DNA of 64,000 nt from an uncultured delta proteobacterium (GCA_963728565.1 CAVSLC010000022.1:32495-96494); one strand, 5' to 3'; shown: positions 33,338 through 45,316, numbered from the stretch's first letter. The notes: generated by a model not told the origin, from the sequence alone. A program made the numbers and translations.

Positions 33338-34186
33338 CTAACCGACATGACTCCATGCGTGGTACGAGCTGCGCACCAGCGGACCCGATTCAACATGACG
33401 AAAACCGAGTTTTTCGCCAGTGCTCTTGAATTCGACGAATTCCTCCGGCGTAACGTAGCGCTCTACTTTGAGCTGGCGGTTGGACGGCTGCAGATATTGC
33501 CCCAGCGTAACGATATCGACTTCGTTCCGACGCAAGTCCTGCAATGTCCCGATGACCTCTTCATAACTCTCGCCGACGCCGAGCATAAAACCCGACTTGG
33601 TCAGCACATCGGGGCGCATTTCCTTGGCGCTTTTTAGAACATTTAACGAGCATTCATAACTGTGCCCGGGTCGAACCTTGCCATAAAGGCGCGGCACGGT
33701 TTCGATGTTGTGGTTCAGGATTTCGATTCCGGAGTCGACCACCGTTTTCACCGCCGTGAGTTTGCCGTCGAAGTCAGGAATCAGCAGTTCGACACGAATC
33801 CCGGGGCTGAGCTGTTTGATCCAAAAAACGGTTTTTGCGAAATGGCTCGAGCCGCCATCCGGCAGATCATCGCGATTTACGGAGGTCACGACGATGTGCT
33901 CCAAGCCGAGATCTTTAACGACCAGCGCCACATTGCGCGGTTCCTCTGGATCGAGCGCCAGTGGTTTACCTTTATCGATGGCGCAGAATCGGCAACCTCG
34001 CGTGCAGGTGTCCCCCAGGATGAGAAACGTCGCGGTCTTATTGCCCCAGCACTCGCCGATATTGGGGCAGCGCGCTTCCTCACAAACTGTATGAAGATTC
34101 TTTTGGCGCAGAATACGTTTGAGACGCAGATAGTTGGGACTTCCCGGGGCTTTGACTTTGATCCAGTCAGGATGTCTTCGCGGCAT
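33338..34186 (-). CDS. lipA: Lipoyl synthase
   Basis: CEEARCPNIGEC, CTRGCRFC, PLVRSSYHA. Confidence 0.97.
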   Translation of the reverse strand: MPRRHPDWIKVKAPGSPNYLRLKRILRQKNLHTVCEEARCPNIGECWGNKTATFLILGDTCTRGCRFCAIDKGKPLALDPEEPRNVALVVKDLGLEHIVVTSVNRDDLPDGGSSHFAKTVFWIKQLSPGIRVELLIPDFDGKLTAVKTVVDSGIEILNHNIETVPRLYGKVRPGHSYECSLNVLKSAKEMRPDVLTKSGFMLGVGESYEEVIGTLQDLRRNEVDIVTLGQYLQPSNRQLKVERYVTPEEFVEFKSTGEKLGFRHVESGPLVRSSYHAWSHVG

Positions 34187-34192
34187 AGTTCC

Positions 34193-34975
34193 TTAACAGC
34201 TGGTGATAAACGACCATCTACTTCGTTGCGTTCGCCCGATTTCCTCCGACGTACTAACACGTACGTCTGCGCTCATCGGACTTCGTGCGCCTGGTAGCTG
34301 GCGCGTTCTTGCCCAGCCTGAAAACAAGACGTTTCCAAAGCTTCTTCGACATCGGGAATAACCAAACAATTCAGCAAAGTGGTGGAGAAATCCAGCTTGT
34401 ACTTGCGTCTGGCTTTGCTCTTTGCCAAGTTCCTTCGCCATCGATGTGACGTCGGCCCAGCTCAGTCCACAAGGAATGATCCGACTAAAATAGGAAAGAT
34501 TGGTGTTCACGTTCAGCGCCAAACCGTGGAAAGTAATGCACCGGCGCACAGCGACGCCAATGGCGGCTATTTTTCGATTATCGCACCAGATGCCGGTATA
34601 TCGCGGCCGTCGCGTGGCCTCGAGGCCGAAGTCTCTGAGTGTTTGGATCGTCGTCATCTCGAGATTTCTGACATAACGATGCACGTCTTTACGCAATTTC
34701 GAGCGCAGATCGATAATCGGATACACCACCAATTGACCAGGTCCGTGGTAAGTGACGTCGCCGCCGCGACTGGTGCGATGCAGCGGCACGTCTTGCGCGG
34801 CGAGGACATTGTTGGGGTCACCGCTGCGGCCGATCGTATAGACATGCGGATGTTCGACGAAGAGAAGAATGTCGGCAATATCTTTACGCCGCTTTAACTC
34901 TACCAGTCGCTCTTGCTGCGACAATGCTGCGAGGAAGTCCAACCCGCCCAGATTCTTGTAAAGCAATTCAGCCAT
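34193..34975 (-). CDS. lipB: Lipoyl(octanoyl) transferase LipB (true stop probably near 34300-34340)
   Basis: EHPHVYTIG, RGGDVTYHGPGQ, KIAAIG, HGLALN, IIPCG. Confidence 0.93.
   Translation of the reverse strand: MAELLYKNLGGLDFLAALSQQERLVELKRRKDIADILLFVEHPHVYTIGRSGDPNNVLAAQDVPLHRTSRGGDVTYHGPGQLVVYPIIDLRSKLRKDVHRYVRNLEMTTIQTLRDFGLEATRRPRYTGIWCDNRKIAAIGVAVRRCITFHGLALNVNTNLSYFSRIIPCGLSWADVTSMAKELGKEQSQTQVQAGFLHHFAELFGYSRCRRSFGNVLFSGWARTRQLPGARSPMSADVRVSTSEEIGRTQRSRWSFITSC
34205..34310. repeat. REP-like palindromic element between lipB and lipA
   Basis: Nested inverted repeats gacgtac-N6-gtacgtc, ccgat/atcgg, ccatctac/gtagctgg. Confidence 0.5.
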
Positions 34976-35044
34976 CGTTTGTCTTAGTCTTATCCACCGC
35001 GGTCTGATCTTTCAAGTTGGACCCGACCGAGCACGGTAAACCGT

Positions 35045-35074
35045 TTGACAGTCAATGGTAGTGACCGCTAGATT
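35045..35074 (+). promoter_or_regulatory. Sigma70-type promoter
   Basis: TTGACA-N18-TAGATT. Confidence 0.55.
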
Positions 35075-35104
35075 CTGGCCAGTCCCATAAGCCATCCCAA
35101 GCAC

Positions 35105-36664
35105 ATGCCTCGACGTCCTTTCCACCCGCCATGGTTCGTTCGCAAAGATCTCGACGGCTTTTTCGGATTGATGATCGACAATCTGATTCAGCTAATCCTG
35201 ATTGTCAGCCTGTGCCGCGAGCTGATCCATCTTCCCGACGAATATATACTCGGCAAAATTCTACCCGGCGCCGCCTTTTCCATATTGGTTGGCAACCTGT
35301 TTTACGCATGGCAGGCGCGGCGGCTGGCGCGCGAAATCGGTCGGGACGATATCACCGCGCTGCCTTACGGTATCAATACGGTCAGCCTGTTCGCCTTTAT
35401 TTTCTTCATCATGATGCCGATCTATCAGGAGACGCAGGATCCCGTTTGGGCATGGAAAGTCGGGCTGGTCGCTTGTTTTCTCAATGGCGTCATCGAAATC
35501 GCGGGAGCCTTTGTCGCCGATCGCGTCCGTAGCGTAACACCCCGGGCGGCGTTACTTTCAGCTTTGGCGGGCATCGCGATCACTTTCATTTCGATGGATT
35601 TTACCTTCCGGATCTTCGCGCGGCCTTTGGTGGCGCTGATTCCATTGGCACTGATTTTTATCGCCTATTTCTCACAGCAAAAATTTCCGCTCGGGCTGCC
35701 CGGCGGAATGGTGGCTGTAGCCGTGGGAACACTTTTGGGATGGTGGCTGGGAGCTGTAAAAGGTCCGCCGCCCAGCATCGATTTCGCTTTAGCAGGGCCC
35801 GATTTCACCGGCGGTGCCTTAGTCGAGGCGCTGCGCCATCCGGCATTTTTGAATTATCTTTCAGTGATCATCCCGATGGGAATTTTCAACGTTATTGGAT
35901 CACTGCAGAATATCGAAAGCGCGGAAGCCGCCGGAGATCGCTACCGAGCCTTTCCTTCGCTGCTGGCCAACGGCGTGGGCTCCGTGGTGGCGGCTTTGCT
36001 CGGCAGCGTTTTCCCGACCACAATCTATATCGGCCATCCAGGCTGGAAGCGGCTCGGCGCGCGCTCCGGGTACTCGGTTTTGAACGGTCTTTTCATCGCC
36101 TTGATTTGCCTCACCGGAACGATTCAAGCCGTGCTTGCGTTTATTCCGCTCGAGTCCGGCATCGGTATTCTTCTCTACATCGGCGTTATCATTGTTGCCC
36201 AATCTTTTCAGGAGACGCCCAAGGAACATGCACCGGCAGTGGCGCTGGGAATTGTGCCGGCATTGGCCGCATGGGGTCTGTTAATGGTCGAGACCGGTGT
36301 GCGCGTCGCGGGCAAATCGTTGCATTCAGTCGGAATTGCGCCTTTCGGCCAAAACCCCGCGATGCATGGCATGATCTCGCTTCAGCAAGGGTTTATTTTT
36401 ACCTCGATGATTCTTGCGGCCATTGGTGTTGCCTTGATCGAAAGACAATTTAAAAAAGCGGCTGGCTGGTCCTTAGCTGCAGCGGCTTTCTCCGCGATCG
36501 GCCTTATCCATGCCTATGAATTGACGCCCGCCGGCGTAGCCGCGCGTTTCGGCTTGCTTGAAGCTCCTGAGTTTGCAGCCAGTTATCTACTCCTCGCCTT
36601 GCTATTCTTGGCCTTCTCGTTCGCCCCAGGTAAACAGAGGAACGCCAACGCGGATTCTTCCTAA
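35105..36664 (+). CDS. NCS2/AzgA-like (xanthine/uracil-type) permease
   Basis: DLDGFFGL, TALPYGIN, ESAEAAGD, PTTIYIGHPGWK; many TM segments. Confidence 0.78.
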   Translation: MPRRPFHPPWFVRKDLDGFFGLMIDNLIQLILIVSLCRELIHLPDEYILGKILPGAAFSILVGNLFYAWQARRLAREIGRDDITALPYGINTVSLFAFIFFIMMPIYQETQDPVWAWKVGLVACFLNGVIEIAGAFVADRVRSVTPRAALLSALAGIAITFISMDFTFRIFARPLVALIPLALIFIAYFSQQKFPLGLPGGMVAVAVGTLLGWWLGAVKGPPPSIDFALAGPDFTGGALVEALRHPAFLNYLSVIIPMGIFNVIGSLQNIESAEAAGDRYRAFPSLLANGVGSVVAALLGSVFPTTIYIGHPGWKRLGARSGYSVLNGLFIALICLTGTIQAVLAFIPLESGIGILLYIGVIIVAQSFQETPKEHAPAVALGIVPALAAWGLLMVETGVRVAGKSLHSVGIAPFGQNPAMHGMISLQQGFIFTSMILAAIGVALIERQFKKAAGWSLAAAAFSAIGLIHAYELTPAGVAARFGLLEAPEFAASYLLLALLFLAFSFAPGKQRNANADSS

Positions 36665-36691
36665 TAACAAAGGCTCGGCTATTGCAACCTT

Positions 36692-37312
36692 CTATGGCCG
36701 GGGCAAGCTGTAGGGCTTGCTATTAACATGAGTGACTTCCCATAGGCTATTTCGGTGCTGAGTGATCCGCGTTATGCCGCAGGGATCGAGATGAAATGAC
36801 CGATAATTGTTTAGATCGGTTCCAGTCACCCGGCAAACGACGCCAAGAATAGGAAAGTTATGGCTTACCACGATTACGGTATCGTCCGCTTCGTGACGCT
36901 GCGCGATGCGTGTCAAGGCGTCCCAGGCTCTCTCGGCAACATCGGCGAGCCTTTCTCCCCCGGGTACCTGGAGTTCCGCGGGCGCGGTTCTCCAGCCCGT
37001 TAGGAATTCGGAATACTTCTCCTTGATCTCGTCAAAAGTCAGTCCCTCCAATTCGCCGTGGTCGAGCTCGCGTACGTCATCCTCGATCATGACCGGAAGA
37101 TTGTGCGGCCGGCTCACCAGCTGCGCGGTTTGGCGCGCCCGCTCAAGACTGCTCGAATAAACAGCATGAATGGTTTCGTTGCTGAGCTGAGTTGAAATCT
37201 GCTCGGCTTGGCGCAGGCCCACTTCGGTGAGCCGGCGATCACTCGAACCTTGGCAGCGGCCTTGAAGATTCCAATCTGTCGCCCCATGGCGAAGCAAGAC
37301 GATTTGCATCAT
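36692..37312 (-). CDS. Histidine phosphatase family protein (CobC/GpmB-like)
   Basis: LLRHGATDWN, YSSSLERARQTA, VVSH. Confidence 0.88.
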   Translation of the reverse strand: MMQIVLLRHGATDWNLQGRCQGSSDRRLTEVGLRQAEQISTQLSNETIHAVYSSSLERARQTAQLVSRPHNLPVMIEDDVRELDHGELEGLTFDEIKEKYSEFLTGWRTAPAELQVPGGERLADVAERAWDALTRIAQRHEADDTVIVVSHNFPILGVVCRVTGTDLNNYRSFHLDPCGITRITQHRNSLWEVTHVNSKPYSLPRP

Positions 37313-37324
37313 TACAGAGGCGAA

Positions 37325-39235
37325 TTAGATTTCTTCAAGAGGCCCGGAATTAATTTCGATCTTGGCCTTGGCTTTGAGCTCGTCTTTGAACTTTAACAGG
37401 ATCCGCTGGCGGGCCTCGGCTAATGCCTGTTGCATGAGCTGGCTCTTATCCTTCTCAAATTGAGCCATGTCAGCCGGTTGAGCCTCTTTGAAGGAAAACA
37501 CGAAGGCGGCGTCAGCTTGCGTGAAAATCCTATCGGGAACAGGTTTGCGCGCGGAGAGTGCCAGACTTCCGGCTGTGAGATTTTGCAGCTCGCCCACTTT
37601 GGGCAGCTGTTGTGTGTTGCGGGTGAACCATCCGGTTTCCTCCAGCTTCAGTTTCTTATCACGAGCCAATTTAGCAAGGTTCGGTTCTTTTTTGACTTGA
37701 TCAAGCAAATCGTTAGCTTGCTGCACGGACATTTCATAAGCCTTCGATTCTTTCAGACCTTTCTCGATTTTACCGCGGACGGCGACAAGCGGCGGAACAA
37801 CTGCTTCCGTACGTTCTTTTGCTTTGAGGATATAGTAGTCATTCGGTCCTTCGATGACTGAACTAACCTCGTTCGCTTTCAGTGCTAGCGCGGTCTTGTA
37901 GAAGTCTTGCGTTGGGCCAATCTCGGGCAATACTTCTCCCTCGCTGAACAGTCGGGTTGTCTTTAGCGGTAAGCCGCTCTCTTGCGCAATCTTGGCGAGC
38001 TCATTGCCGGAGGCCGCTTTTTCGCGGTCGCGATCCGCGATCTTTGCCGCCTCGTACTTTCCTTTTTCAAGTTTGAGCTCGCGCGTGATAACCGGTTTCG
38101 CCTCGGCCAAGCTCAGTGTTTTTTCTTCCTTGATATCTTCGACTTTGACGATGTGGAAACCCACCGGCGTTTCGATAGGCTCGCTGATTTCTCCTTTAGC
38201 CAACGCGAATATCTGCTTGTCCAGAGCTTCCGGCAATTGTCCTTGATTGAGCCAGCCGATCTCTCCACCTTTTTCCGCGCTGGGATCCTGCGATTCCTTT
38301 TTGGCTAATTCGGCGAAATTCTTTCCTCCACGCGCCTCGGTGACGATTCGATTCGCCCGAACTTGAGCGCTCTCTTTCTGTTTCGCGTCTGCACCGGCAT
38401 CGACACGAACCATTACGTAACGCACCTTTGCCTGTTTGGGCGTGGTAAACTTCGTTGCGCGGTTGGCGTTGTAGTAATCCTCGACCTCCTTATCAGTAAG
38501 CTGCACCGGGCCGGAGAACTGTTCGAAAGAATAGGGGATGTATTCTACTTGGACTTTGAGCGGTTCCTTGAGGGATTCCTTGTTACGGTCATAAAATTTC
38601 TCGACATCTTCGTCGGTGACCTTTACCTCAGATAAGTTGTCGCTGACTGAAAACCGGATAAACTGCAAGTTGATCTTTTCCTGTTCGAAGCGATAGCGCT
38701 CGCGCACCTCGGCTTCAGTCACATGCGTGGCGTCGGCGAGAACTCCGAGTAAGCGCTGGATGGTGAGCTGTTTTCTCTGATCTTCTTCGAACTGCGCTGG
38801 AGTCAGCCGATTGGCACGCAGAAGCTGTATATAGCGCTCCTTGTTAAACCGGCCGTTGACATGGAACTCGGGGACTTGCGCGACGGCATTCATGAGTTCT
38901 TCATCGGTGGCGCTGAGACCTAGACGGCGCGCTTCCTGAAGCACTAAACGGGCCTCGATCATCTCTTCCAGCAGCGACTGCTTGATATTTAAGTTTTTCA
39001 GCAGTTCCGGCGTAAAAGAGCCTTTGAACATTTCGCGGTAGCGTTCCACGGCGCGCTGGTAATGCATTATGAATTCTCGCTGCGAGATGCTTTCACCGTT
39101 TACTTCCGCGACGTGAGAGGTGACGCCGGTGGGCTGCTGGGAGCCGCCGTAAAATGCGATAAAGACGACAATAATCAGGCCCAGTAGAATGGTGATGATC
39201 CAAGATCGTTTCTTTTTTCTTAGAAAATCGAGCAT
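37325..39235 (-). CDS. ppiD: PpiD/SurA-type peptidyl-prolyl isomerase chaperone
   Basis: N-terminal TM, SurA_N domain, parvulin motif FAELAKKESQD..GGEIGW..GFHIVKV. Confidence 0.88.
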   Translation of the reverse strand: MLDFLRKKKRSWIITILLGLIIVVFIAFYGGSQQPTGVTSHVAEVNGESISQREFIMHYQRAVERYREMFKGSFTPELLKNLNIKQSLLEEMIEARLVLQEARRLGLSATDEELMNAVAQVPEFHVNGRFNKERYIQLLRANRLTPAQFEEDQRKQLTIQRLLGVLADATHVTEAEVRERYRFEQEKINLQFIRFSVSDNLSEVKVTDEDVEKFYDRNKESLKEPLKVQVEYIPYSFEQFSGPVQLTDKEVEDYYNANRATKFTTPKQAKVRYVMVRVDAGADAKQKESAQVRANRIVTEARGGKNFAELAKKESQDPSAEKGGEIGWLNQGQLPEALDKQIFALAKGEISEPIETPVGFHIVKVEDIKEEKTLSLAEAKPVITRELKLEKGKYEAAKIADRDREKAASGNELAKIAQESGLPLKTTRLFSEGEVLPEIGPTQDFYKTALALKANEVSSVIEGPNDYYILKAKERTEAVVPPLVAVRGKIEKGLKESKAYEMSVQQANDLLDQVKKEPNLAKLARDKKLKLEETGWFTRNTQQLPKVGELQNLTAGSLALSARKPVPDRIFTQADAAFVFSFKEAQPADMAQFEKDKSQLMQQALAEARQRILLKFKDELKAKAKIEINSGPLEEI

Positions 39236-39282
39236 GCGCGATAAGCCTTTCAGCGTTAGGTCGGAAGAGCGTATTTGAGAGA

Positions 39283-39312
39283 AGATTAATGATAGGGAAA
39301 GGTCATTGGCAA
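39283..39312 (-). promoter_or_regulatory. Sigma70-type promoter of ppiD
   Basis: TTGCCA-N18-TAATCT. Confidence 0.45.
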
Positions 39313-39426
39313 TGCAACCATCGCGTAATTCACCAGCTTCTACCCTATTGAAAAATTTCATTTTCTTGCTTGGTAGTGACAAATCTGCTATTTTCACGCT
39401 GCTTTAGTCTTCTCTTTTCGCGCTAA

Positions 39427-40473
<1,047 letters not shown>

Positions 40474-40520
40474 GTTTCGAGACCCGCAATGTCTCCTGCT
40501 CCTGCACGTTCGAGCCTTCA

Positions 40521-41355
40521 ATGCTCGCTTTTTTTCGCAAGTACCAAATTCCTCTTAGCTGCTGTTTCTGCATTGTCTTATCTCTCTATATAATGACCGC
40601 GGCCGCTCGCGGCCAGCTAAAAAACGATCCGGTCGGACCGCATTCTGCTATGGCTAATCCGGCCATTGCAGATTGCGGCGCATTCAACCACGAGCTGGAT
40701 CAAGGGATTGCAGGAAAGCCATCTCACGGCGGCCGGCTACAAGGCTGAAAACGAAAGGCTCAGAAAACGCATCTTAGAGCTTGAGATGGAGCGAAATCGA
40801 TTTTTGGAAGCGGAAGCAACCAATCAGCAACTTCGACACTTATTGGATTTCCGCTCGCATTTGCCAGCTGCCGGCATCACAGCATCGATTATTGCAAACA
40901 GCGCCAGCAACTGGTTTCAGAGCTGCTCCATCGATAAAGGCACTGCCGACGGAGTGCGCAAGGGAATGTCTGTAGTTACGCCTTTGGGAGTTGTTGGACG
41001 AGTTGTGGACGTGGCGGCGCGAAGCGCCAAGGTTTTGTTGCTCACCGATCCCAACAGTGGAATCGATGTCATGGTGCAACGCACTCGCGCGCGCGGCATT
41101 GTGTCGGGCTCGTTGGAAAACGGCACGGTGCTGAAATACATCAAACGTACAGAGGATGTTCAGGTTGGCGATCGGCTTATCACGTCTGGTCTCGATGGGG
41201 TGTTTCTCAAAGGCTTGATGGTCGGCACGGTCACCAAGGTGCGCAAAGAGAGTTTGGGTTTGTTTCAAGCCATCGAGGTCATGCCGGCGGTCAGTCTTGC
41301 TCGCACTGAAATCGTGCTGGTAGTCAGCGCCGAAGGGAGATCAGCCGCGAAATAG
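40521..41355 (+). CDS. mreC: MreC (frameshift near 40640)
   Basis: Coiled coil, IDKGTADGV, GVVGRV, TSGLDGVF; synteny. Confidence 0.92.
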
Positions 41356-41373
41356 CGGTTCTGTGGGTCGGAC

Positions 41374-41877
41374 ATGAAACTCTCGTTGCTCTTGTTCTCC
41401 ATTGGGCTTCTGATGGTTTTGCTACAGACGACTTTCCTCCATTTTTTCCCCTTGGTTCCTGATTTGATACTTGTTCTTTGCGTTTACTGGGGGCTGCACC
41501 ATCCGACCGTCGGCGCCGTTCTGGCATCGTTTGTATTGGGCTACTCGGTTGATGTTGTCTCAAGCCCGATTTTGGGTATCAACGCGTTCGCAATGTCATT
41601 GGTATTCCTGGCCGTCTACTTCAGCTCTCGTTCAATCTGGCTTCATAATCACCTGGTCAGCGCCGTGGTCGTTCTCTTGGCTTCATTGGTCAAGGGAGTC
41701 GCATTAGTGGTGGTCTCCGTAATTTTTCTCAGCACCGAAGGCTTCTGGATGGGGGCCTTACGGTATATACTACTCGAAGCTTTGGTTGCCGCACTACTGG
41801 CTCCGTTCGTCTTTGCGCTCTTGCGCCGCGGCCAAACCTATCTCGAAAAGGTCCAGATACCCGGGTTGTATTATTGA
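41374..41877 (+). CDS. mreD: MreD
   Basis: VPDLIL motif, hydrophobic, synteny. Confidence 0.88.
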   Translation: MKLSLLLFSIGLLMVLLQTTFLHFFPLVPDLILVLCVYWGLHHPTVGAVLASFVLGYSVDVVSSPILGINAFAMSLVFLAVYFSSRSIWLHNHLVSAVVVLLASLVKGVALVVVSVIFLSTEGFWMGALRYILLEALVAALLAPFVFALLRRGQTYLEKVQIPGLYY

Positions 41878-43757
41878 TGGCTATTCTCGGCGATGTGGCT
41901 CGAAAAGATGGCGCCCCGGAACTCCGCGTCCGTACGCGGTTTGTTTATCTTGTTTTAATTATCGCTTTTCTCGGAATCATCTCACGCCTGGCGATTCTCC
42001 AGATCGCTCAGGGCGAACGCTATACTTTCCTTTCTGAGAACAACCGGGTGCGAATCAAAAGGGTTCCCGGCACCCGTGGCATGATCATGGATCGTCAAGG
42101 CGAGTTGATGGTTGACAGCCGACCATCATTCGACCTGTTGTTTGTGCCCGAAGATGCGGGAGACCCGCAAAGCACATTGCGTCAGCTGGCGAAGTACTTG
42201 GGGCGACCGGAGCATGAGCTCATTGCAGTTTTCGAGGAGAACAAGAGTCGCGCCGCATTCGATGAAATCATCTTGGGGCGGGATGTGGATTGGGCAACAG
42301 TCGTAGCAGTCGAAACACATCAGCTCGATCTTCCGGGCGTTAACTTGCGGGTACGACCCCGGCGCAACTATGCTGACGGTCCGATGGCGGCGCATGTGTT
42401 GGGCTATCTCGGTGAGATCGGCCCCAAACAGCTCAAGATTCTTAAAGAGCAGGGCTACGGCTCCGGTGATGAGATCGGCCAGTATGGCTTAGAAAAGAGA
42501 TGGGAGGGATTTCTTAAAGGCCAGAACGGCGGGCAGCAGGTTGAAGTCGACGCCCTAGGAAGGCGGGTGCGGGTCCTGCACGAAGTGGTTGATGTTCCCG
42601 GTTATACGGTTCACCTCACGCTGGACCGGCAGCTGCAGCAAACCGCTTACGAAGCGCTCAAAGGCAAGGAAGGAACCATTGTAGCGCTGGACATTCACAC
42701 CGGCGCGATTTTGACGATGGTGAGCACGCCGGCGTTCGACCCCAATCTCTTTGCCCGCGGAATCAAACCTGAAGAATGGCGCAGCCTGACAAAAGATAGG
42801 CTGCGACCGCTTAATAATCGCGCGATTCAAGGACAGTATCCTCCGGGATCGACGTTCAAAATCATCATGGCGATCGCCGGACTTGAGGAAGGCGTCATGG
42901 ACCCGGATGCGCGGATTTCTGATCCCGGTTTTTTCCCGTTCGGGAATCGCAGCTTCCGTGATTGGAAGAAGGGCGGTCATGGCTCGGTCGATCTGCACAA
43001 GGCAATCGTCGAATCCTGCGACGTCTATTTCTATCAGCTCGGCCAGCGCCTGGGCATAGACAGGATCGCCAAGTATTCCCGCGCCTTCGGGTTGGGCGAA
43101 AAAACCGGTGCTTTTCTCGACGATGAAAAAGACGGACTGGTGCCGGACACGGCGTGGAAGAGAAAGCGTTACCGTCAACCCTGGTATCCGGGCGAAACAC
43201 CTTCGGTGGCAATCGGCCAGGGGTATTTAACGACCACTCCATTGCAACTTGCCAATATGATGGCGGCGGTGGCCAACGGGGGGACTCTTTATCGCCCGCG
43301 CATCGTCAACAAAGTTGAGTCTATAGATGGCACAATGGTGCGCGAGTATGGGCCCGAAAAGATTCGCACCATCAGTTTGAAGCCAACCACCTTACAGCGG
43401 GTTCAGACGGCTCTAACTGATGTGGTGCGAGGCAGAGGCGGCACGGGTGGGGCGGCGCGTTCGAACATGATATCGGTCGCCGGCAAAACCGGCACAGCGC
43501 AGGTTGTCGAGATGAAGGCGGCTTATCTCAAGAGCGAGCAGCTCTCTTATTTTAACCGCGATCATGCCTGGTTCGTCGCCTATGCGCCGGTGGAGAATCC
43601 ACAAGTCGCCATCGTCGTGTTGGTTGAGCACGGCGGGCACGGCGGTGAAGCCGCTGCTCCCATGGCAAAAAAAGTTTTCGAGAAATACATCGAAATAAAA
43701 AACCAGCCAAAGGATCAACAACACGCCCGGGCGCCAGGAGAGATCGGTGCAGATTGA
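41877..43757 (+). CDS. mrdA: Penicillin-binding protein 2
   Basis: PGSTFK (SxxK), SCD, KTGTAQ. Confidence 0.96.
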   Translation: MAILGDVARKDGAPELRVRTRFVYLVLIIAFLGIISRLAILQIAQGERYTFLSENNRVRIKRVPGTRGMIMDRQGELMVDSRPSFDLLFVPEDAGDPQSTLRQLAKYLGRPEHELIAVFEENKSRAAFDEIILGRDVDWATVVAVETHQLDLPGVNLRVRPRRNYADGPMAAHVLGYLGEIGPKQLKILKEQGYGSGDEIGQYGLEKRWEGFLKGQNGGQQVEVDALGRRVRVLHEVVDVPGYTVHLTLDRQLQQTAYEALKGKEGTIVALDIHTGAILTMVSTPAFDPNLFARGIKPEEWRSLTKDRLRPLNNRAIQGQYPPGSTFKIIMAIAGLEEGVMDPDARISDPGFFPFGNRSFRDWKKGGHGSVDLHKAIVESCDVYFYQLGQRLGIDRIAKYSRAFGLGEKTGAFLDDEKDGLVPDTAWKRKRYRQPWYPGETPSVAIGQGYLTTTPLQLANMMAAVANGGTLYRPRIVNKVESIDGTMVREYGPEKIRTISLKPTTLQRVQTALTDVVRGRGGTGGAARSNMISVAGKTGTAQVVEMKAAYLKSEQLSYFNRDHAWFVAYAPVENPQVAIVVLVEHGGHGGEAAAPMAKKVFEKYIEIKNQPKDQQHARAPGEIGAD

Positions 43758-44850
43758 TCGGCGCCTCATTTCACATTTCGATTGGCCTCTGTTTCTTCTA
43801 ACCCTTGCCTTCGTCGGCATGGGGATCGTGACCATCTATAGCGCCAATTACGACATCGCGGCGGAGCATGCCGGAGGCCTCCCTTCGCGTCAGCTCCTTT
43901 GGCTGGGGCTGGGACTCGCGGTTATGTTCACCACGATTGCGTTTGATTACCACTATGTCGATCGGCTGGCATATCCGTTTTACGGGTTAATCTTGCTTCT
44001 GCTGATATTGGTTTTCTTCGTCGGACATTCAGGAGGTGGCTCGCAGCGCTGGATTAATCTCGGGTTCTTCAGACTGCAGCCCTCGGAACCGGCAAAACTG
44101 GCCATTGTCTTGGTGATGGCGAAATACTTTCAAGATAGCGAGCCGTCGCGCGGCTATTGTCTACGTGATCTTTGGGCGCCCTTCGCATTGGTTGCGCCGC
44201 TAATATTACTGACGCTAGTTCAGCCTGATCTTGGCACTGCGATTATTCTCGGCTTGGTTTTTATGAGTATGATGCTGATCGGCGGGTTGCGGATAAAGTC
44301 ATTTCTCGGTTTGGCCGCTGCCGGGCTGGCGTTTTTGCCAATTGGATGGAATCTCCTATGGCCTTACCAGCGACAGCGTGTGCTGACATTTTTTGATCCT
44401 GATCGTGATCCGCTGGGTGCGGGATACCACGTCATTCAATCACAGATTGCGATCGGATCGGGAAGGATGTTCGGCAAAGGCTACTTGCACGGTAGCCAAA
44501 ACCGGCTGGATTTCTTGCCGGCTCAGCATACTGATTTTATCTTCGCAGTGTTTTCCGAGGAGTGGGGCTTTGTCGGCTGTTTCGTTTTGCTTGCCTGTTA
44601 CTTTGCCATGATGGTCTATTGTCTTAAGCTCTTTGAACGAGCCAAGGATCGATTCGGCGCGCTGTTAGTATTCGGCATGGTGGCAATCCTGTTCTGGCAT
44701 GTGGTGATCAATGTGTCGATGGTGGCGGGCTTGATGCCGGTAGTGGGCGTCCCGCTGCCGCTATTCAGCTATGGCGGGTCGGCACTGGCGTCAATGATGT
44801 TCGCAGTCGGCATGATGATAAACGTCAGTATGCGCCGCTACACTTTCTGA
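43747..44850 (+). CDS. rodA: Rod shape-determining protein RodA
   Basis: QPSEPAK, QPDLGT, HTDFIF, SYGGS. Confidence 0.96.
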   Translation: MQIDRRLISHFDWPLFLLTLAFVGMGIVTIYSANYDIAAEHAGGLPSRQLLWLGLGLAVMFTTIAFDYHYVDRLAYPFYGLILLLLILVFFVGHSGGGSQRWINLGFFRLQPSEPAKLAIVLVMAKYFQDSEPSRGYCLRDLWAPFALVAPLILLTLVQPDLGTAIILGLVFMSMMLIGGLRIKSFLGLAAAGLAFLPIGWNLLWPYQRQRVLTFFDPDRDPLGAGYHVIQSQIAIGSGRMFGKGYLHGSQNRLDFLPAQHTDFIFAVFSEEWGFVGCFVLLACYFAMMVYCLKLFERAKDRFGALLVFGMVAILFWHVVINVSMVAGLMPVVGVPLPLFSYGGSALASMMFAVGMMINVSMRRYTF

Positions 44851-44989
44851 GAAGAGCGGGTCCGAGCAGTCCGTTTTGCCAAGTCTAGCGATTCGACCAT
44901 GAAGACGATGAGCGCTCTGGACGGAGCGCCGGCGGTAAAGCTGATTCCCGCTCGAATCGAGTTATCCCTTCAACAAATCCCGTATCTTT

Positions 44990-45316
44990 CTATTGTAGGG
45001 CTTTGTCGATTGCGCTCACCAATTTTGCTTTGGGCACGGCGCCCACGATCTGTTCCTTTACCGCGCCGCCCTTGAGAATCAGCAGATTTGGGATACCGCG
45101 AATGCCGTATCGCGATGCTGTAGCGGGATGATCATCGACGTTGAGTTTAGTTACTTTCAGTTTGCCTTCGTACTCTCCGGCGATTTCTTCGACAATTGGC
45201 GCGATCGACCGGCATGGACCGCACCAAGGCGCCCAGAAATCGACCAGCACCGGCACGCTACTTTGGATCACTTCAACCTCGAAATTGTTGTCGCCAACTT
45301 CGGTGATTTTTCCCAC
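44990..45316 (-). CDS. trxA: Thioredoxin
   Basis: DFWAPWCGPC; GTG start after an AGGAG RBS. Confidence 0.95.
   Translation of the reverse strand: MGKITEVGDNNFEVEVIQSSVPVLVDFWAPWCGPCRSIAPIVEEIAGEYEGKLKVTKLNVDDHPATASRYGIRGIPNLLILKGGAVKEQIVGAVPKAKLVSAIDKALQ

Noticed and set aside
34193-34345. C-terminal extension of LipB as an extra domain
   Set aside because: It runs through a palindromic repeat and probably results from an indel near 34345.
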